NCBI GenBank assembly: GCA_965237525.1
Contig: CBDEFO010000008.1
Span: 1,966,146 to 2,030,145 of the forward strand
DNA length: 64,000 nucleotides
Direction of reading: 5' to 3'
DNA from: Candidatus Latescibacterota bacterium
GTDB lineage: Bacteria > Latescibacterota > CBDEFO01
Below are positions 59,994-64,000 of the stretch, in pieces; the first letter of the stretch is position 1, and every line of letters starts with the position of its first letter. The notes beneath the pieces were generated by a model that had not been told where the DNA came from, made no database searches, and saw only the letters and a list, made by a program, of their open reading frames with translations. The position numbers were made by a program, and so were the translations under genes.

Positions 59994-60145
59994 GTAGAGG
60001 GACTATGGGGTCGATGTCCATCGACCCAAGGATGGGGGCAAGTGGACGTCGATTGAGTCAATCGGGGATCGCCCCTACATTCGGTATACTCAAGAACGAG
60101 ATTGCTTCGGCCCGATAGGTTCAATCGGGGACGCTCGCAATGACT
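59994..60145. repeat. Composite REP cluster (GTAG REP plus GAGATTGC repeat, each carrying the CGAT...ATCGGGG hairpin)
   Basis: gtagagg...cgattgagtcaatcgggg...cccctac; gagattgcttcggcccgataggttcaatcggggacgctcgcaatgac. Confidence 0.7.
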
Positions 60146-60223
60146 ATTGGGAACCAGATGCGCCTTCGTCAAGATACGAACAAAACGCACGTTTGTCAAG
60201 TGCTTCAATAGCGCAGATTTAGG

Positions 60224-60292
60224 TTGACTTTATCCCCTGAGCAGGCTATCTTAGGCTCAATAATTCCTGAGTAGGCTCAGTAATTCCTGTCA
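60224..60292 (+). promoter_or_regulatory. Sigma70-like promoter followed by a 20-bp tandem repeat
   Basis: TTGACT-N17-TATCTT; taggctca(a/g)taattcctg x2. Confidence 0.5.
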
Positions 60293-60335
60293 CCTATAGT
60301 GAAAGTTGACACTACAGCATGGAGGATCTGTCAGA

Positions 60336-61259
60336 ATGAAAGAGAGAATAGCCTATCTAAATGGAGAGATGATGCCCTTCCGAGAAGCGGGAGTCTCCAT
60401 CGTGGATTCGGCCGTAGTCTTGGGCTGCACGGTCACCGAGATGACGCGCACGTTCAATCAAAAACCGTTCAGGCTGAAGGATCATATGGAGCGGCTCTAC
60501 CGATCTTTGAGATACGTAAGGATAGACCCCGGGGTGGATCTTGAGGGTATGGAGCGGCTCTCCATGCAGGTTCTGGAGGCCAACCTGCCGATGCTGGAGG
60601 CCGACGAGGACTCCGGTCTTATCCATTTTATCACGGGAGGTCAAATAGCCGCCTACGCCGACATAGATCCGGGCGACGTAAGGCCCACTGTCTGCATCCA
60701 TACGATTCCCTTAAAGACCGAGTCATGGGCTAGGTTCTACGAAGAGGGCGCTCATGTGGTGACGCCGTCCATCAGGCACGTGCCGCCGCAGTGCATAGAT
60801 CCCAAGATGAAGTACAGAAGCCGGATGCACTTCTATCTGGCGGAGCAGGAGGTCAAACATGCCGACAGCGAGGCGTTTACGCTGCTTCTGGACATAGACG
60901 GAAACGTCACAGAGGCGTCGGGGGCCAACTTCCTGATCGCAAAGGACGACGCCATCTACTCTCCCACGACGCGAAACATACTCCCCGGAGTAAGCCGGGC
61001 GACTGTCTTTGATCTTGCAGACGGAATGGGCATTACGTGTATCGAAAAAGACCTTCAGGTGCACGATGTGTGCAACGCGGATGAGGCATTCTTAGCCAGC
61101 ACGCCCTATTGCGTTCTGCCTGTCGTAAAGATAAACGGCATACCTATCAAAGATGGGAAGCCCGGGCCGCTGGTTGCAAGACTGCTTGAGGAGTGGGGCA
61201 AGATGGTAGGCGTGGACATCGTAGCGCAGGCGGGAGTGCCTGCGTTGCAGGCGCGGTAG
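60336..61259 (+). CDS. Class IV PLP aminotransferase (IlvE/PabC/DAT-like)
   Basis: AYLNGE, FRLKDHMERL, VTEASGANF, ILPGVSR, ADEAFLAST. Confidence 0.9.
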   Translation: MKERIAYLNGEMMPFREAGVSIVDSAVVLGCTVTEMTRTFNQKPFRLKDHMERLYRSLRYVRIDPGVDLEGMERLSMQVLEANLPMLEADEDSGLIHFITGGQIAAYADIDPGDVRPTVCIHTIPLKTESWARFYEEGAHVVTPSIRHVPPQCIDPKMKYRSRMHFYLAEQEVKHADSEAFTLLLDIDGNVTEASGANFLIAKDDAIYSPTTRNILPGVSRATVFDLADGMGITCIEKDLQVHDVCNADEAFLASTPYCVLPVVKINGIPIKDGKPGPLVARLLEEWGKMVGVDIVAQAGVPALQAR

Positions 61260-61365
61260 GTTTTTGCTTGAATTAAGCATGTTGGTTTACTGTAATATCA
61301 CCGGAGCAAAGGCCATCGGTTGGTCGGGCAGATACAGGCTCACTAGTATCGAGTGGGTAGGTAAT

Positions 61366-61773
61366 TTAAGGTGAGCGGAGTGCTACGCTGAAGCTCACTA
61401 TCGTCAGAAGAACAAACAATACGGCAGCTCCTACCAATATTCCAGTAATGGTGTCGTGAGTAAGGTCACTCACCCAGGGTATTGGCGCGTGCAGGATCGA
61501 AGTTGCGATGCAGAGAAGAAAAACTATAAGAAGAAAGCAATGCAGAAATAGCTCCAGACGTACGGACGGAAGTTCTCGATACAATGATATTTCAGAAAAA
61601 ACCACTTCTAGCCAGGGTTTGATGTGAGAGAGAAGTTCTCTGAAGCCCGCGTGTACTAAGTACAACACATATAGGCCTGCCGCAAGCACGATAGTTATAA
61701 GAACAATCGCCCCGCGTGCACCAAATATATCCGCAAGTCCTCGCAGAAAATCGAGAGTCTGCCCAAGTGTCAT
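61366..61773 (-). CDS. Small 3-TM membrane protein
   Basis: 135 aa, three hydrophobic stretches, RBS AGGAG. Confidence 0.55.
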   Translation of the reverse strand: MTLGQTLDFLRGLADIFGARGAIVLITIVLAAGLYVLYLVHAGFRELLSHIKPWLEVVFSEISLYRELPSVRLELFLHCFLLIVFLLCIATSILHAPIPWVSDLTHDTITGILVGAAVLFVLLTIVSFSVALRSP

Positions 61774-61806
61774 TTCTTCTCCTGTGTCGCAGTAACCGGC
61801 CTGAGC

Positions 61807-61840
61807 AAAGAAAAAGCCCAGAGGAATTCCTCATGGGCTT
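61807..61840 (-). terminator. Intrinsic terminator closing the COMM-like operon
   Basis: Minus strand agccca(t)gagg-aatt-cctctgggct-ttttcttt. Confidence 0.7.
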
Positions 61841-61862
61841 CTGCTGGCTTCCGCAAGCGATG

Positions 61863-62570
61863 TCATTCTTTCTTTTTGCTTTCCTTCTGTTCTTCTCGAC
61901 GAACTAAGAACCCCATAGCCATTACACCAATGGACACGGGGATGGCTAAGGCTGCAAAAGTCGGATGAAATGGTGCAGCAACGCCAGTAAACACCCAGAC
62001 AAGAAGTGATAGGGAAGACACCAAAAAACCACCGGCGCCGTATCTGTAGAGCTGCAAGTGTAGCTTATCACTTTGAAGTTGATGATGAAGGAAGCGTATC
62101 TTTTCTTCAAGCTTGCTTTTGTCAGATTCAGCACTTTCAATTGCACGTTCGAGGAGCCGTATCTTTGCATCAGTATCTTCAGCTACAGGTTCCGGACTGC
62201 CAAGTCGAAGGGCTAAGGCTCGTGAAAGAAAGTCGTCCCATGTCCCCACTGATCTTTGTGTCTTCCAGTACCCTGCTGATCTTCGTGTCTTCCAGTAGTC
62301 CGCTAGCTTCTCATGCTTTTGACCTACTTCCCACACTTTTGGTACTACATATAAAGCTTCACCCAAAAGATGTGACATCGGGGGCGTTTGACGAGCTATA
62401 GGATCGTGATGCTCTTCCTCCATGCTACGACTCTCATCGGTAGGTGTGCTCTCCCAATGTTTCATCTGCTCTTCAGTGATTTGAGGTTTTGACTTCCTAT
62501 GGGGTGGAATTACCCCAGCTATAGAGCTAGTTATATTATAAGTATCGAGAAGATCGGTTCCAGTTGCCAT
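61863..62570 (-). CDS. Hypothetical protein with coiled coil, two C-terminal TM helices and a charged tail
   Basis: IRLLERAIESAESDKSKLEEKIRFL heptads; TM1 GFLVSSLSLLVWV, TM2 FAALAIPVSIGVMAMGFLV; 5 bp from the upstream gene. Confidence 0.65.
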   Translation of the reverse strand: MATGTDLLDTYNITSSIAGVIPPHRKSKPQITEEQMKHWESTPTDESRSMEEEHHDPIARQTPPMSHLLGEALYVVPKVWEVGQKHEKLADYWKTRRSAGYWKTQRSVGTWDDFLSRALALRLGSPEPVAEDTDAKIRLLERAIESAESDKSKLEEKIRFLHHQLQSDKLHLQLYRYGAGGFLVSSLSLLVWVFTGVAAPFHPTFAALAIPVSIGVMAMGFLVRREEQKESKKKE

Positions 62571-62575
62571 ATCAA

Positions 62576-63247
62576 CTACTCCTCGTTAGAGTCCTTCAAG
62601 TGAATCCTTGTCTTAGCTTGTTTCAGTTGTTCTGCAGTTATTTTTAATTTCTCTATCAAGTCATCAAGGTTTTGCTCGGTAAGCTGGAAGAGAATAGGGG
62701 TCTCTTTCTCAGAGGACCTTTCTTCTAAATTCAGGCTAATAATGGCCTGTGGAATTATATCAATTAGCTGACTACTGTCTTTCAAGTCAAATACTGTCCT
62801 GAAATCTATAACGGAACTATAGCCCACAGCCACTGGGATATTAACTCGAGAGTATGCCTCCTTTGTTTGCTCCTTGACAATTTGCGGGCCAATATCAAAA
62901 AGCTCTTGCAAGAAGGTCTCTATTTTTCTTGCTGCATCTTCTCCAAAACCTAATGTCTTGAGGTCATCAGATACATCATCAAAAGAAAGGCCTTTGCGGC
63001 TTGCCGTTTCCAATATATATTTTGTTAGAGATAATGAATCTTCTACCTGCATTACCGTCTCAAAATTCAGCTCACGAGCCAGAGACACTAATTCTTCTCT
63101 TGTGTATGAAAACGGCTTCTTGAGAGATCTTATCCACTCAGCAAGCTTTTTGAGCTTATCAGGATCAAATTCGGATAAAGCAGTAAGACTTTTGACGAAG
63201 TCCTCGCTTGGCTCACTTGCGGGGAGGAAAAGCTTAATGAAGGGCAT
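62576..63247 (-). CDS. COMM domain (COMMD/HCaRG)-like protein
   Basis: Helical N-domain (ILETASRKGLSFDDVSDDLKTLGFGED); C-terminal P-x-beta-IDFR...PQAIISLNL...ILFQLTEQNLDDLIEKL matches the COMM pattern. Confidence 0.65.
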   Translation of the reverse strand: MPFIKLFLPASEPSEDFVKSLTALSEFDPDKLKKLAEWIRSLKKPFSYTREELVSLARELNFETVMQVEDSLSLTKYILETASRKGLSFDDVSDDLKTLGFGEDAARKIETFLQELFDIGPQIVKEQTKEAYSRVNIPVAVGYSSVIDFRTVFDLKDSSQLIDIIPQAIISLNLEERSSEKETPILFQLTEQNLDDLIEKLKITAEQLKQAKTRIHLKDSNEE

Positions 63248-63321
63248 CTTGAATACCTTTTGAAGATAGTTGCTCGACCTCTACGATGTTTTCTACCACA
63301 TTGTTAAGTTAGCTGTATAGT

Positions 63322-64000
63322 GGTTATTTATCAAATGAAATCGGTGCACTTCTCTTTCGATCTTTGATTGATCTTGAATGATAGGTTTTCGACAATCTTT
63401 GGTTTCTGTTCTTTTTCAAAATGGATGTATAATTGTTCTTCTTTTAGGTTCCATTCAGCCAGGACAAAGTAGTTGGTGTAAGAGGAGGGAAGAGATACTT
63501 TCTCATTTAGGACATCGATAAAGGCTTTATCTGTCTGTTCTGTGTCCTGTTTGACTTGTCTGATAAAATAGGTCTTGGGAATGAAATCTTTCTCGTTTGA
63601 CTTCTCTTGCTTAGGTGGACGGTAGCCGGTGTATCTCTGTGATGAAAGATTAAACCATTCTAACTTCTGATCAACTTCTTGTAAGCTTTTGAACTGAATT
63701 CTGTTCCAGAACTTCCTTGAAAATACAGAATTGTTGCCTTCTATAGATGCTTGAGAAAAGGGCCTTCTGGGAACGGCAAATATCGGAATCACTTGATTTT
63801 TCAAGAGAAACTGCATTGCTTTGCTGACATTCCTTTTACCTGAAACACTGCCAATAGTCGCCGAGCAATTGTCCACCTTAACGAAATCTGGTTTTTCAAA
63901 CCTGTCAAAGAAAGACTGACACTTCTCGATAAAGTTAGTTGCTGTTTGACCGTCAACCCGCCGAAAATACCTTAACTTAGGCTCTTTCTTAAAGGAAAAT
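63322..64000 (-). mobile_element. Second copy of the rve-type IS (partial, runs off the window)
   Basis: Near-identical to 46039-46715; same terminus GGTTATTTATCAAATGAAATCGGTGCAC. Confidence 0.9.

Overview
Bacterial chromosomal window. The lineage is probably Candidatus Latescibacterota or a related FCB-adjacent group; this is inferred only from FlgD-Ig-tailed secreted proteins and C-terminal TWGRIK motifs. A few intact core genes (mreC-mreB-purH, purC, DUF374-DUF2953-ytfJ, rlmN) sit in a highly mosaic accessory landscape. That landscape holds catabolic enzymes, FG-GAP/Big/TPR secreted proteins, many pseudogenes and gene fragments, four 1519-bp IS1182-family copies (TTAR target duplications), two copies of an rve-type IS (6-bp TSD seen for the complete copy) and several REP/MITE-like palindrome families. 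Main observations: (1) a two-gene operon encoding a bacterial COMMD (Commander)-like protein plus a coiled-coil/2-TM partner; (2) five 2-6 kb integrase-less islets, each bracketed by a 96-380 bp diverged direct repeat of a host gene end; (3) a tandem array of CBM9-like secreted proteins with a hypervariable loop and a shared TWGRIK C-terminal tag; (4) a stranded integron gene cassette (attC sites around a TAXI gene); (5) nonsense mutations concentrated at CCAG>CTAG. No rRNA, tRNA, CRISPR array or reverse transcriptase was recognised. All family assignments come from reading motifs by eye, not from database searches.
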